A DNA stretch of 64,000 nucleotides from NCBI GenBank assembly GCA_016212635.1, contig JACRFR010000018.1, positions 4,080-68,079 of the forward strand, in the 5' to 3' direction. Every line of letters starts with the position of its first letter. Within the stretch, counting starts at the first letter, position 1. Below are positions 9,213-18,385 of the stretch, piece by piece. The translations under genes and the position numbers were made by a program. The notes below the pieces were generated by a model. The model ran no database searches, was not told the origin of the DNA, and worked only from the letters and a program-made list of their open reading frames with translations. Origin of the DNA: Candidatus Liptonbacteria bacterium. GTDB lineage: Bacteria > Patescibacteriota > Minisyncoccia > UBA6257 > 2-01-FULL-56-20.

Positions 9213-9223
9213 GCGGCACGCTC

Positions 9224-10306
9224 TCACCCTAGCATGAAAAAGTAAAGTTCGCAAACTGCGGCTGCGGCGAAGGCGGCGGCGGCCAGGGTTAGCAGCCACG
9301 ACTTAAAGCCGCTGGGCCGCAGGACCGAGCGCACAACCAGAGCCAGTAAGACGTACTGGATGGCCAGGAACAGGCCGCCGACAAAACCGATGGTTCGGAT
9401 CACGTCCGCGGACCGGAATGCGATCGCGAGGAGAAGCGGCAGGAGCGCCACCGCGAGATCGGTCGCGAACTCCGGAATGCGCGCGCCCTCCCGCAGGGAA
9501 CGGAGCACTTCGCGGCCGACCGGCACATAAGAGGTCCAGATCGCCGTCAAGCCGCAAAACGCGATGGTCCGAACCAGCGAACTCGACTCGCTGCCGAAAC
9601 CCAGGATGGCGGCGGCAAAGATCGCATAGACTACGGCCACCACCGCGGCCGAGACGGCAAACATCCCCGGGGCGCCAAATGATGTTCTGGCATACTTCCG
9701 GCGCAGAACCGCCACCGGCTCCACCGCTGTCCAGCCGGTTAGGGCGAACAGGATGGCGCCGAACGGCAAAAAGGCCGCCGCGAGATTCACGCGCGGCTCG
9801 CCCCGAAAGGTCAGATCGGGCGCGAGCACCGCGAGGAGCAGCACGATGCCAACCAAAAGGAGGGTGCCCACGGCCTCGGCCCGGGCGAAGCGCCGGATCC
9901 CGATAAAAAGCGGTAGGGTGGAAACCACCCAAAGCAGCAGGAGCGCCGGCCAACCTAAGAGTCCCGGCAATAAAGTCTCCACGAAAGCGGAGCCGAGTTG
10001 CAAGTAAATGAAAAGGGTCAGGAGGTTGCCGCAGATGATCGCCAGAAGTCCGGCGGTTCCGGCCAGGGGTCCGAGTCGAGATCGGACCAGCTCCAGGAGG
10101 CCCATCTTGTTGCCGGTTCGCACGAGCGCCTGGTAGTAGGCGGCGTGAAGCGCGGCTAGCGCGATCGAGAGCCCGACTAACCACGCTAAGGCAATGAGCC
10201 AGCCGGACTGGTGGAAGGTAACCGGCAGGGCAAAAATACCGGCGCCGATGGTCGTGCCGCCGACGATACTGATCGACCACCAGAACAGTTTACGGGAGTC
10301 GGACAT
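9224..10306 (-). CDS. Polytopic membrane transporter, amino-acid permease-like (APC/Trp-Tyr permease-like).
   Basis: 360 aa with about 10 hydrophobic segments. N-terminal GAGIFALP motif. Confidence 0.55.
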   Translation of the reverse strand: MSDSRKLFWWSISIVGGTTIGAGIFALPVTFHQSGWLIALAWLVGLSIALAALHAAYYQALVRTGNKMGLLELVRSRLGPLAGTAGLLAIICGNLLTLFIYLQLGSAFVETLLPGLLGWPALLLLWVVSTLPLFIGIRRFARAEAVGTLLLVGIVLLLAVLAPDLTFRGEPRVNLAAAFLPFGAILFALTGWTAVEPVAVLRRKYARTSFGAPGMFAVSAAVVAVVYAIFAAAILGFGSESSSLVRTIAFCGLTAIWTSYVPVGREVLRSLREGARIPEFATDLAVALLPLLLAIAFRSADVIRTIGFVGGLFLAIQYVLLALVVRSVLRPSGFKSWLLTLAAAAFAAAAVCELYFFMLG

Positions 10307-10320
10307 GGGGAGTTAAGTGG

Positions 10321-10504
10321 AACCCATCTCCAAAGTAGGAAATTAATAAAGGTAGAGGAAGGGATTTTGCCCAAAATGGTTATTTTCGGCTGCAAAACCT
10401 GAAAACCTCCTAGAAATAGCTACGGCTATTCCTTCGTCAGTTTTCATGTTTTTCGCTCGAAAATTTCTCATTTTGGCCTAAAACCTACTTTGGAGATGGG
10501 TTCT
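10321..10504. repeat. 184-bp near-perfect long palindrome (foldback) with 20-bp perfect terminal arms GAACCCATCTCCAAAGTAGG / CCTACTTTGGAGATGGGTTC.
   Basis: The arms are at 10321-10340 and 10485-10504. The interior is itself largely self-complementary (TTTTGCCCAAAATGG...CATTTTGGCCTAAAA) with a central GAAATAGC-TACG-GCTATTCC stem. It overlaps the 3' end of the RNase gene. Confidence 0.6.
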
Positions 10505-11847
10505 AGCTCTATAGTTTCATTTTCCCGAGGCACACGGCTGGTCGCGCCCAGGTCGTGGTGAATTTTGCCGGCCAGGGTCTCGCTGGCTCCCGCCTCCCCC
10601 TGAACCACGAACACGCTTTGGAGCGCGGCGGCTCGGGGGCGGAGCCAAGACAAGAGGCGCGGCTGGTCGGCGTGCGCGGAATAAGCAGTGATCGAACGGC
10701 GCTCGCAGCGGATCGGCACTCGTTCCCCGAAGATGTGAACCTCCGGAGCGCCTTCCATTATTTGGCGGCCCAGGGAGGACACCGATTGATAACCCACAAA
10801 GAGAATCATACTTTGGGGATCGGGGAGGTAGCGCAGCTCGTGGTGGAGAATGCGGCCGCCTTGGGACATGCCGGAACCGGCAATAATGATCTTGGGCGGC
10901 GGCACATTATTGATGTCTTTGGACTGTTCCGTGGTCAGAGTCAGGCGCAACCCGGGAAAGTTTAAGATGTCGTCTCCGGAGCGAACCAGGCTGGAGGCTT
11001 CGCGATTGAAATAATTCTCGTATTTCTTGTAAACGGCGGTCATTTTGATCGCGAGCGGGCTGTCCAGAAACACCGGCACCCGAGGCACGCCGCGATGCTC
11101 AAAGGCCTCGTTCAAATGATACAAGATTTCTTGGGTCCGTTCGAGAGCGAAGGTGGGGATTAGGAGGGTGCCACGGCGAGCTATGGTGTCGCGCACGGCC
11201 TGCTCCAAGTCTTCTTGCCGGTTCGCTTCGCGCTCATGGACCCGGTCCCCATAGGCAGATTCAACCACGCAATGATCCGCCTCGGGCATGGGTTCGGTGG
11301 ATCGGACAATGGGCGCGGGACTGTTGCCCAGGTCGCCGGAGAAAACAATGGTGCGTTCGCGCGAGCGGATTTGGATAAAAGCAGAACCGAGAATGTGACC
11401 GGCATCGAAAAACTCCACATTGAACGGGCCGAGGGTAAGCGACTGGTGATACGGCAACGGCAACCACCGCTGCATAGTTCGATCCACGCTATCGATGGAG
11501 CATAAAGGGGAGCTGGCTTCGCGTTCCGCCTCTTTGCACAACACGTGCTCCGAGTCGATCAGGATAAGTTCCGCCAGGTCGCGGGTGGGCGGGGTGGAAT
11601 AGATCGAGCCGCGGAATCCCTCCCCGACCAGCTTGGGCAGGCGTCCCACATGATCCAGGTGCGCGTGAGTTACCAGCAGGGCGTTGATGTCCCGCGGCTG
11701 GAAGGCAAAAGGTTGGAAGTTTTCCCTCTCCGCAAAGTGACCGCCTTGGATCAGTCCGCAGTCGACCATCAGTCGAAAACCCCCCGATTCCAAGAGATAG
11801 TTGGCGCCGGTGACGCTCCCCGCTCCGCCGTAAAAAGTGATGCACAT
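10468..11847 (-). CDS. MBL-fold beta-CASP ribonuclease (RNase J / CPSF-like).
   Basis: HAHLDHVGRLP (HxHxDH) metallo-beta-lactamase motif and beta-CASP-like C-terminal region. 459 aa. Confidence 0.75.
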   Translation of the reverse strand: MCITFYGGAGSVTGANYLLESGGFRLMVDCGLIQGGHFAERENFQPFAFQPRDINALLVTHAHLDHVGRLPKLVGEGFRGSIYSTPPTRDLAELILIDSEHVLCKEAEREASSPLCSIDSVDRTMQRWLPLPYHQSLTLGPFNVEFFDAGHILGSAFIQIRSRERTIVFSGDLGNSPAPIVRSTEPMPEADHCVVESAYGDRVHEREANRQEDLEQAVRDTIARRGTLLIPTFALERTQEILYHLNEAFEHRGVPRVPVFLDSPLAIKMTAVYKKYENYFNREASSLVRSGDDILNFPGLRLTLTTEQSKDINNVPPPKIIIAGSGMSQGGRILHHELRYLPDPQSMILFVGYQSVSSLGRQIMEGAPEVHIFGERVPIRCERRSITAYSAHADQPRLLSWLRPRAAALQSVFVVQGEAGASETLAGKIHHDLGATSRVPRENETIELEPISKVGFRPK

Positions 11848-11857
11848 GAACGGTTAA

Positions 11858-11890
11858 CCCCACCTCACCTCCCCTAAGATAAGGGGAGGG
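11858..11890. repeat. Family-2 hairpin (CACCTCACCTCCCCT-AAGATA-AGGGGAGGG) between the co-directional Mur ligase and RNase genes.
   Basis: Read directly. Confidence 0.6.
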
Positions 11891-11928
11891 ACTAAGAACG
11901 GGTGTTTCTTAATTCAAGGTATTATAAG

Positions 11929-13281
11929 TCATGCTAACGGCTGGCGGAAGCCCATAGCTTTTAACGCCTCAGTCGCGACCGCGCGCTCATCCCAGCCAAC
12001 TTTGCGACCATTTATTTTCATCGCCGTTTCGCCGCCTTTGCCCGCCAGGAGCACCAGGTCTCCCGGCTCCGCCAGCGCCAGGGCTTTAGCTATCGCCTCC
12101 TTACGATCCACGATCTTAAAAATATTCTCGCCCAGTTTGCGCCGAGGATTTTGGAGCGCGCCTGCCGCCACCTGATCGATGATCAACGCCGGGTCTTCCT
12201 GGTAGGGATCGTCGGTGGTCACCACGATCACATCCGCGCCCCGGTCGGCGACCTCTCCCATGGCCGGCCGCTGCCAGCGGTCGCGGTGACCGGCGGCAAT
12301 ACCAGTCAAGACAATAGTCCGTCGGGGTTGGTAAATTCGGGTGGCGGCGAGCGCGGCCGCAAGACCGCTGGGATCGTAGGCGTAATCGATCAGGACCCGG
12401 AAGGGTTGCCCCAGCTTAAGTTCTTCCATGCGGCCCGCCACCGGCTCCGCCGCGGCCAGCGCCGCGCCGATCACGTTCCAAGACAAGCCGTGCGCCCGAG
12501 CGGCGGCCGCCGCGGCCAGCGAGTTTGCCGCGTTAAACTCCCCCACTAAACGAGTGGTTAGAACGATGCCATTTACAGAAAGACTGGTCCCGGCGGGGCC
12601 GAGTTCCAGGCGGTCGGCCAGTAATACCTCGGCCATTTGATCGCGGGCCGCGGCGCCTACGGCGGGGTTGCCGGTATCCAGGTAATAGCCGTACTTCGTG
12701 GCAACCGGAACCGCCAGAAAGTATTCGGCGTGGGCGTCGGCCAAGTTGTAAATTCCCACAGAACCCGGGCGGCGGGCGATAAGTTCGAACAGTTTGCGCT
12801 TGGCGGCGCGATAATTTTCCAGGCCGCCATGCTGATCCAGATGTTCCGGGTAAAGATTAGTGATCAGCGCGGCGTGATAGCGGATGAAACGGTGGCGATA
12901 CTGCCGGATGCCTTCCGAGGAGGTTTCGACTACGGCGTGGGTGCACCCGGCCCGGACCATGGCCCGGAGTAATTTCTGAAGCTGGAATCGTCCCAGCATG
13001 GTTTGGCGCGTGGTATTGCTCCACTCCCGATCTCGGATCCGGAAGTTGACCGTGGTTGCCAGACCGGTGGGCATCCCGGCCGCGTTTAAAATATGTGCGA
13101 TGAGATTGCAAGTGGTAGTCTTGCCTTTGGTGCCGGTCACCCCGATCACGGTCAAGCGGCGGGACGGAAAACCGTAAACCAGCGCGCCCAGAAAAGCCAG
13201 GGTCAGGTGATAAGCCGACAATAAAAACGGCAATCGGTACAGATACCGGACACCCGGAATTCGCTTTATTTTATCTAGCAT
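11929..13281 (-). CDS. Mur ligase family protein (MurE/MurF-like) with an N-terminal hydrophobic segment.
   Basis: VIGVTGTKGKTTT P-loop, DYAYDP (a DYAHNP-like motif). 450 aa. Confidence 0.7.
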   Translation of the reverse strand: MLDKIKRIPGVRYLYRLPFLLSAYHLTLAFLGALVYGFPSRRLTVIGVTGTKGKTTTCNLIAHILNAAGMPTGLATTVNFRIRDREWSNTTRQTMLGRFQLQKLLRAMVRAGCTHAVVETSSEGIRQYRHRFIRYHAALITNLYPEHLDQHGGLENYRAAKRKLFELIARRPGSVGIYNLADAHAEYFLAVPVATKYGYYLDTGNPAVGAAARDQMAEVLLADRLELGPAGTSLSVNGIVLTTRLVGEFNAANSLAAAAAARAHGLSWNVIGAALAAAEPVAGRMEELKLGQPFRVLIDYAYDPSGLAAALAATRIYQPRRTIVLTGIAAGHRDRWQRPAMGEVADRGADVIVVTTDDPYQEDPALIIDQVAAGALQNPRRKLGENIFKIVDRKEAIAKALALAEPGDLVLLAGKGGETAMKINGRKVGWDERAVATEALKAMGFRQPLA

Positions 13282-13397
13282 TTTTGGTTGATTGCGGCTG
13301 TGGATAACTTGGTGTATAATAGGTCTACCAACAGGTGAGTCCCTACTCGTGAGGTACCGGAGGGTTCCTCTATATAGCGGGTGGGGCTCTGTTGTTT

Positions 13398-14039
13398 TTA
13401 AGGAAATAGGGGATTTTCTTCCACGATTTTCTGGCGAATGAGATTGTAGTAAGTATCGTCTCCGTACTCATACTTACGAAAGATGGCCCAAGAAGCAAAA
13501 TCTACGATTTGCAGGCTTGCTTCTTCTCTGGTTGATTTTATCTCTGCGGTCAGGCGCAGGGCATGGTTGCGTTCGGTCTGTTGTGCGAGGTACCACTTAA
13601 AGTTCTCGTTTAAAAACTTATTTGTCTGCCGGCGCGACGCGACGAGTGTGATTGGCTCATTTACCGGTAAAAGTTTCTTTCGATATATTCGATCGAGAAG
13701 TATGTTGGTAACGTAGTTGTATAAGACATCTTGTTCCGCTTGCAGATTGGTATATACCCGACGCTTATTAAGATAAATGCAAAGTATGCTGACGTCTTTC
13801 TCGGCCAAAAGCGAGAGGGTTTGGGTGCGCACTTTGGGTGATTCGTAGTGTGCGTGCAGTACGCCGACGTGCCGCTTCCTCTCACGTCCCGCTAGTGCGC
13901 GCCTGACTTTGCGCACGATTTTCTCCACCGGACCCTTGTGCGCGACAAAAAGCGCAGTGATTAAAAAATACTTAGTGGTTCGCTTTTTGGCGAAGTTAAA
14001 GCCCGAATCCCCGCTTTCATCCAGAAAGATGTGGACCAT
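13398..14039 (-). CDS. DUF3800-family protein.
   Basis: N-terminal IFLDESGDSGF signature. Confidence 0.55.
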   Translation of the reverse strand: MVHIFLDESGDSGFNFAKKRTTKYFLITALFVAHKGPVEKIVRKVRRALAGRERKRHVGVLHAHYESPKVRTQTLSLLAEKDVSILCIYLNKRRVYTNLQAEQDVLYNYVTNILLDRIYRKKLLPVNEPITLVASRRQTNKFLNENFKWYLAQQTERNHALRLTAEIKSTREEASLQIVDFASWAIFRKYEYGDDTYYNLIRQKIVEENPLFP

Positions 14040-14212
14040 GTTTATCTTCCCGCAGATTGGTAGGCCGCGTCAATTTCTCTCTGCAATTCGAGAGTGCGCG
14101 TCAGGGCGGCGGCCGTGCGGCAGTAATGGGCGATATCTTCCGCCGTGAGCCCGCGCCCCGCCCGGCTTGGCGGTTTTGTAAACCTCGGCGCTGTAGTGGG
14201 ATAATGACATAT

Positions 14213-14797
14213 CTAACGCGGCGGGTTCAAAATTTTAAGCGCGGCGCGGAGACGATCTTCCAAGTTAACCAGGGATTGGTCCACCCGGCCCAGGGCGGAC
14301 TTGGCGTCCTCCCGACGATAACCCAATCCGGCCAAGGCCTCCACCAGGTCCGTATCCGTGCCCATGCGAGCGATAGTTTCCGCGCTTTCTGCCGCCGTCA
14401 CTTTGTTCCGCAGTTCCAGAATAATCCGCTCCGCGGTTTTACGGCCGACTCCCGCCGCGCGCGCCAGCGAGTCGGGACGATTCTCCTGGATCGCCGCCGC
14501 GAGTTCCTGCTGGGGCGCTACCTCTAAAATTGCCAGAGCGGACCGCGGGCCGACGCCGCTCACGGTGATCAGTAGCTCAAAAAAGGCGAGTTCCGGTTCC
14601 GATTCAAAACCGTATAAGGTAAAACCGTTGGCCTCGGTGAAGTGTTGATGGCACCAAACACGAAGCGAACCGCCCGGACTCGGAAACTTGAGAAGGTTGT
14701 GGGCCGGGGCGAAAACCTGGTAGCCCACTCCCTGGACGACAAGAACCAGGTAAGAGTCGGTTTTTTTGAGCACTTGGCCCTCTAGCGTGCAAATCAT
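14213..14797 (-). CDS. ruvA: Holliday junction DNA helicase RuvA.
   Basis: MICTLEGQVL...LITVSGVGPRSALAIL (HhH)...C-terminal domain III. The start was moved to the internal ATG at 14797, which matches the RuvA N-terminus. Confidence 0.9.
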   Translation of the reverse strand: MICTLEGQVLKKTDSYLVLVVQGVGYQVFAPAHNLLKFPSPGGSLRVWCHQHFTEANGFTLYGFESEPELAFFELLITVSGVGPRSALAILEVAPQQELAAAIQENRPDSLARAAGVGRKTAERIILELRNKVTAAESAETIARMGTDTDLVEALAGLGYRREDAKSALGRVDQSLVNLEDRLRAALKILNPPR

Positions 14798-14893
14798 GCG
14801 AGTAGCATAAAGTTCGGCGGGAGAATATGAAGCAGCGGGCAAGAAGTTAAAATTAAGAATAGGGGTGTAAATTAAATGTTTGGAGGGCGGGCC

Positions 14894-14926
14894 TCCACAA
14901 TCCGAGGCCCGACCTCGAAAATGTTG
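14894..14926. repeat. Family-1 palindromic repeat copy (GAGGGCGGGCCTCC...GAGGCCCGACCTC).
   Basis: Hairpin related to the GAGGTCGGGCC...GGCCCGACCTC family, sitting in the ruvA/rpsT divergent intergenic region. Confidence 0.5.
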
Positions 14927-15013
14927 CAAATTCTCGCTGGGCCGGTATACTGTTCTCGTCGTTTACCTCGGCCCCCTATATTCTATATCCTAACTTCTAA
15001 ATTCTCTATCGCC

Positions 15014-15301
15014 ATGCCCAACACTGCCTCCGCCCGTAAGGCTCTGCGACAAAGCGCCCGCCGGCACACGCGCAATACCGCCCGGCTGCGCACTTATCGG
15101 CAGCTGGCCAAAGACCTGCGGAAACTCACAACGGCTAAATCTTCCGAGGCGGCGGCCCTACTGCCTAAGGTATACCAAGCGATCGACAAGGCGGCCAAGG
15201 CACGGGCCATAAAAGCGAATAAGGCGAGTCGGCTCAAGTCTCGCTTGGCCCGTCTGGTCAACCCCGCCAGAAGTGAAACCTCTAGAGCCATCTCTAATTG
15301 A
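15014..15301 (+). CDS. rpsT: 30S ribosomal protein S20.
   Basis: MPNTASARKALRQSARRHTRNTARLRTYRQLAKDLRKL..., a basic 96-aa protein typical of S20. The start ATG was verified at 15014. Confidence 0.9.
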   Translation: MPNTASARKALRQSARRHTRNTARLRTYRQLAKDLRKLTTAKSSEAAALLPKVYQAIDKAAKARAIKANKASRLKSRLARLVNPARSETSRAISN

Positions 15302-15348
15302 CCGCTACTCGTGAATTAAAGCGAACGGGGAGCGCCACCCGAATTTCG

Positions 15349-15384
15349 GGAGGTCGGGCCTTGGGAATTCTTAAGGCCCGACCT
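15349..15384. repeat. Family-1 palindromic repeat (GAGGTCGGGCCTT-loop-AAGGCCCGACCTC) between the convergent rpsT and holA genes.
   Basis: Perfect 13-14-bp stems. The flanking GGATGCAATTC extends the palindrome. Confidence 0.7.
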
Positions 15385-15399
15385 CGGATGCAATTCCGT

Positions 15400-16188
15400 T
15401 CAACTCATTACTAGATCCACCAAGGCCTCCTCGTAGTCCAGCTTACCGGACTTGATGGCCAAGTCGTACGCCGCGAACCGCGGCGTTTTTTCGCCCCCCT
15501 TCGCCGAGGCGATATAAAACAAACGGGCGGCCGGTTCGTTCTGCGCGAACATTTGTTCCAGCGCGGCCAAGCGGACGCGGAGGGCGGGGGCGTGGAGGCC
15601 AGTTAGAAGCTGCCAGAAGTCCCCGGTTTCTTCCACGCCCATTTCTTGGAGATCCGCCACGGTTAAATTCTTACGTCCCAGGTTGGCTAATTTATCCAGC
15701 TCGGTTGCTAGACGCCAGGTATCGTTTTGATGGGTTCGCGCCAGGAGCTCCACCGCCGCGTCCGCCGGGTGCAGACCGCGAGCCAGAAGCTCGCTCCGCA
15801 CAAAGGCCCGCCAAGGTGAACCTTTCAAGAACTCGAAGTGATCGGATCGGACCGGCGGTTGGGACAAAAAGGCCCAAGGCTTGCCTTTGGGCAGGGCGGC
15901 TTCGGTTAGAACAATGTGGGTCTTGGTTTGCTCGGCCAGGATCTTAAGCTGGGCTGCGCCGCGCGCATCCAGGTCTGCCAAACAGTTCGCCGCGGCGGCG
16001 ATGCGCGGCGCAGCGAATAGCGATTGCCCCCGAATAAATCCGAGAAACTCTCCGGCTGCGACCGGATCCTCGCTGCCGTCGAAACTGACCGCGCTCGCGC
16101 TGGGGTGCCCGGCTTGCAAGTCGGTCAATATTCTATCTCGCGCCGCGGACCGGCGGTAAGCATCCGGTCCGGATAGAAAAATGATCAT
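15400..16188 (-). CDS. holA: DNA polymerase III delta subunit-like protein (HolA).
   Basis: 262 aa. N-terminal IIFLSGPDAYRRSAARDRIL is delta-like and the C-terminal region is helical. The assignment rests on weak similarity. Confidence 0.5.
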   Translation of the reverse strand: MIIFLSGPDAYRRSAARDRILTDLQAGHPSASAVSFDGSEDPVAAGEFLGFIRGQSLFAAPRIAAAANCLADLDARGAAQLKILAEQTKTHIVLTEAALPKGKPWAFLSQPPVRSDHFEFLKGSPWRAFVRSELLARGLHPADAAVELLARTHQNDTWRLATELDKLANLGRKNLTVADLQEMGVEETGDFWQLLTGLHAPALRVRLAALEQMFAQNEPAARLFYIASAKGGEKTPRFAAYDLAIKSGKLDYEEALVDLVMS

Positions 16189-16191
16189 GGA

Positions 16192-16380
16192 TTAATGGCC
16201 TTGGGCGTCGCCGGTTTCCGAGTCGTCATCAGTGTCGTCCCACCGCCCCCCCCGACTGCCCACCTCCAGCTGGAAAAGCATGCGTCGGAGACGATGAACC
16301 GCCCGGGAGAGTTGCGCGATCTTTAGAACTAGAGACAAAATCACCACCAAAAGGATCAAAACAACCCAAAAGAGAAACAT
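16192..16380 (-). CDS. Small hydrophobic protein (one transmembrane segment plus an acidic tail), possibly co-transcribed with holA.
   Basis: 62 aa: MFLFWVVLILLVVILSLVLKIA... It sits 3 nt from the holA start. Confidence 0.25.
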   Translation of the reverse strand: MFLFWVVLILLVVILSLVLKIAQLSRAVHRLRRMLFQLEVGSRGGRWDDTDDDSETGDAQGH

Positions 16381-16508
16381 GGTGATTAAAGCATACCGCC
16401 TCCCAGCAGGGCGGGCAACTGCGTTCGGGCCTTGTTTTACGGGCCTAGAATCACCCGGCGCAATTTGATGCCATTTCCAATTAGCCCGTACCCGGAAGAA
16501 TTGCAGCC

Positions 16509-16545
16509 GAGGTCGGGCCTTAAGGATTCCTCAAGGCCCGACCTC
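16509..16545. repeat. Family-1 palindromic repeat.
   Basis: GAGGTCGGGCCTTAAGGATTCCTCAAGGCCCGACCTC, preceded by the conserved CCCGGAAGAATTGCAGCC extension. Confidence 0.7.
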
Positions 16546-16565
16546 TTCCCGACCCCTCCCTAATT

Positions 16566-18263
16566 TCATCCGGCTCGCTTCTTGATACTGGCCTTAATAA
16601 ATTCCACAAACAGCGGGTGGGGCGATAAAGGCCGGCTCTTAAACTCCGGATGAAATTGAGTGCCGAGGAAGAAGGGATGTTTAGACCGGGGCAGTTCGAA
16701 GATTTCCATGAGTCGTCTGTCTGGCGAACGGCCGGAAAAAACGCCGCCGGCTTTTTCGATCTTCTCGATGTAGTCCGGATTCACCTCGTAGCGGTGACGG
16801 TGACGCTCGGAGATTAGCATGCCGCTTAGGGCAGATGGTTTATTGCCATGCTTTAGGGATTTAGACTGGGCGTCTTTCTTGTTCTTACTATACGCCATAT
16901 GCGCTATGCTCTTTGCTTGTAAGACCGCGGGGTAGGCGCCCAGGCGCATGGAGCCGCCATAGTCCTTGCGCGCCAGCTTCTCGCGCTGTTCCGGCAGGAT
17001 GTCGATCACGGGATGGGGTGTTTCAGAATCGATCTCGGTGGTATGGGCGGATTTCAACCCCGCCACGTGGCGCGCGAACTCCACCACCGCCAACTGCATG
17101 CCGTAGCACAGACCCAAATACGGAATTTTATGCTTGCGCGCGTATTCTACCACTCGGATTATGCCCTCTACTCCCCTACTACCAAATCCTCCGGGCACGA
17201 CTATGCCGCTATATCTCGCGAGCTCGCGAAGCTTCTTTGGGTCTTTTTCGAATTGCTCACTGTCAACCCAGCTAAATTTAGGAAGGGCTGCGTTGGCGTA
17301 ACACGCATGTTTGATCGCCTCCAAAACAGAGATGTATGAATCGGTCAAGACAAAATTTCCGGTCCCGAAGTATTTACCCACAATCGCGATATCCGCTGTT
17401 CGCGAGGCGGTTCGCACGGTTCGTTCCAACTTTCGCCACCCCGTAAGATCAGTGACGCGCGATCTTAGGCCCAGTTTCTTAAGTATTTTCGATCCCAATT
17501 CGTCTTTCTCAAAATTCAGGGGAATTTGATAGATGTTCTGGACGTCGGGCGCCGAGATCACAGAGCCTTTCTCGAGACCGCACATAAACTCCAGTTTTTC
17601 TTTCCGCTTCTCATCCAGGGGTACCGCCGCCCGACCAAAAACAAAATCGGGGCGCAGCCCCACGGAATTTAAACTTCGAACTGCGTGCTGAGTGGGCTTG
17701 GTTTTGAGCTCATTGCCTCCCGAACCGAGGGAGGGGATGTAGCTAACCAGGGCTAGGAGGACATCTTCGGGCTTCTTGAATTTTAATAAGCGGACTGCCT
17801 CCAGGAATAACACGTTTTGATAATCACCGATTGTGCCTCCAATTTCGATAATGACCACATCCGCCTGTTTTTTCTTTCCTGCCAAATTAATCTTTTTAAT
17901 AACTTCCAGGGGGATATCGGGTACCACGTGGACACATCGTCCTCCAAAACCCAGGTTGCGTTCCCGGGTAATGACTTCGAGGTAAACACTGCCGGTGGTC
18001 ATGTAGTTGGCGCGGCTAAAATCCAAATCCAAAAACCGCTCGTAATTACCCATATCCTGATCGCACTCCGTGCCATCATCCAAAACATAAACTTCCCCAT
18101 GTTCGGTGGGATTCATGGTACCCGCGTCCACGTTCACATAAGGGTCGATTTTTATTGCTGTCACCGCGAGGCCTCGCGCCTGCAACACCTTGCCGATGGA
18201 AGCCGCCGCAACTCCCTTGCCGACACTAGACATAACACCGCCGGCTACAAATATGTACTTCAT
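16566..18263 (-). CDS. pyrG: CTP synthase.
   Basis: MKYIFVAGGVMSSVGKGVAAASIG...GNYERFLD...glutamine amidotransferase C-terminal domain. 565 aa. Confidence 0.95.
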   Translation of the reverse strand: MKYIFVAGGVMSSVGKGVAAASIGKVLQARGLAVTAIKIDPYVNVDAGTMNPTEHGEVYVLDDGTECDQDMGNYERFLDLDFSRANYMTTGSVYLEVITRERNLGFGGRCVHVVPDIPLEVIKKINLAGKKKQADVVIIEIGGTIGDYQNVLFLEAVRLLKFKKPEDVLLALVSYIPSLGSGGNELKTKPTQHAVRSLNSVGLRPDFVFGRAAVPLDEKRKEKLEFMCGLEKGSVISAPDVQNIYQIPLNFEKDELGSKILKKLGLRSRVTDLTGWRKLERTVRTASRTADIAIVGKYFGTGNFVLTDSYISVLEAIKHACYANAALPKFSWVDSEQFEKDPKKLRELARYSGIVVPGGFGSRGVEGIIRVVEYARKHKIPYLGLCYGMQLAVVEFARHVAGLKSAHTTEIDSETPHPVIDILPEQREKLARKDYGGSMRLGAYPAVLQAKSIAHMAYSKNKKDAQSKSLKHGNKPSALSGMLISERHRHRYEVNPDYIEKIEKAGGVFSGRSPDRRLMEIFELPRSKHPFFLGTQFHPEFKSRPLSPHPLFVEFIKASIKKRAG

Positions 18264-18305
18264 GATGTAGATATGCTTGAAGAATAGCGCATGCGAACTA
18301 CCCCG

Positions 18306-18346
18306 CCTCGCCTCCCCTTAGCAAGGGGAGGAATCGAGGGGTCAAG
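18306..18346. repeat. Family-2 hairpin (CCTCGCCTCCCCT-TAGCA-AGGGGAGGAATCGAGGGGT) between the histidine kinase and pyrG genes.
   Basis: Read directly. Confidence 0.6.
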
Positions 18347-18385
18347 TTCGTATCATTAGTACCATTTGTATATTGGTATCGTTTC

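Noticed and set aside
9303-10280. Long ORFs on the opposite strand or in alternative frames of the transporter gene (325 aa, 162 aa), and similar antisense ORFs elsewhere (e.g. 417-1187, 48350-48976, 49696-50334, 52080-52673).
   Set aside because: They are Arg/Pro/Gly-rich, low-complexity translations typical of spurious frames in GC-rich DNA, and each fully overlaps a gene with clear homology.
13288-13320. Plus-strand sigma70 promoter TTGATT ... TGTATAAT upstream of the DUF3800 region.
   Set aside because: The spacer is 21 nt, which is too long. Only the extended -10 is convincing, and no plus-strand gene or terminator follows, so it is not reported as a feature.
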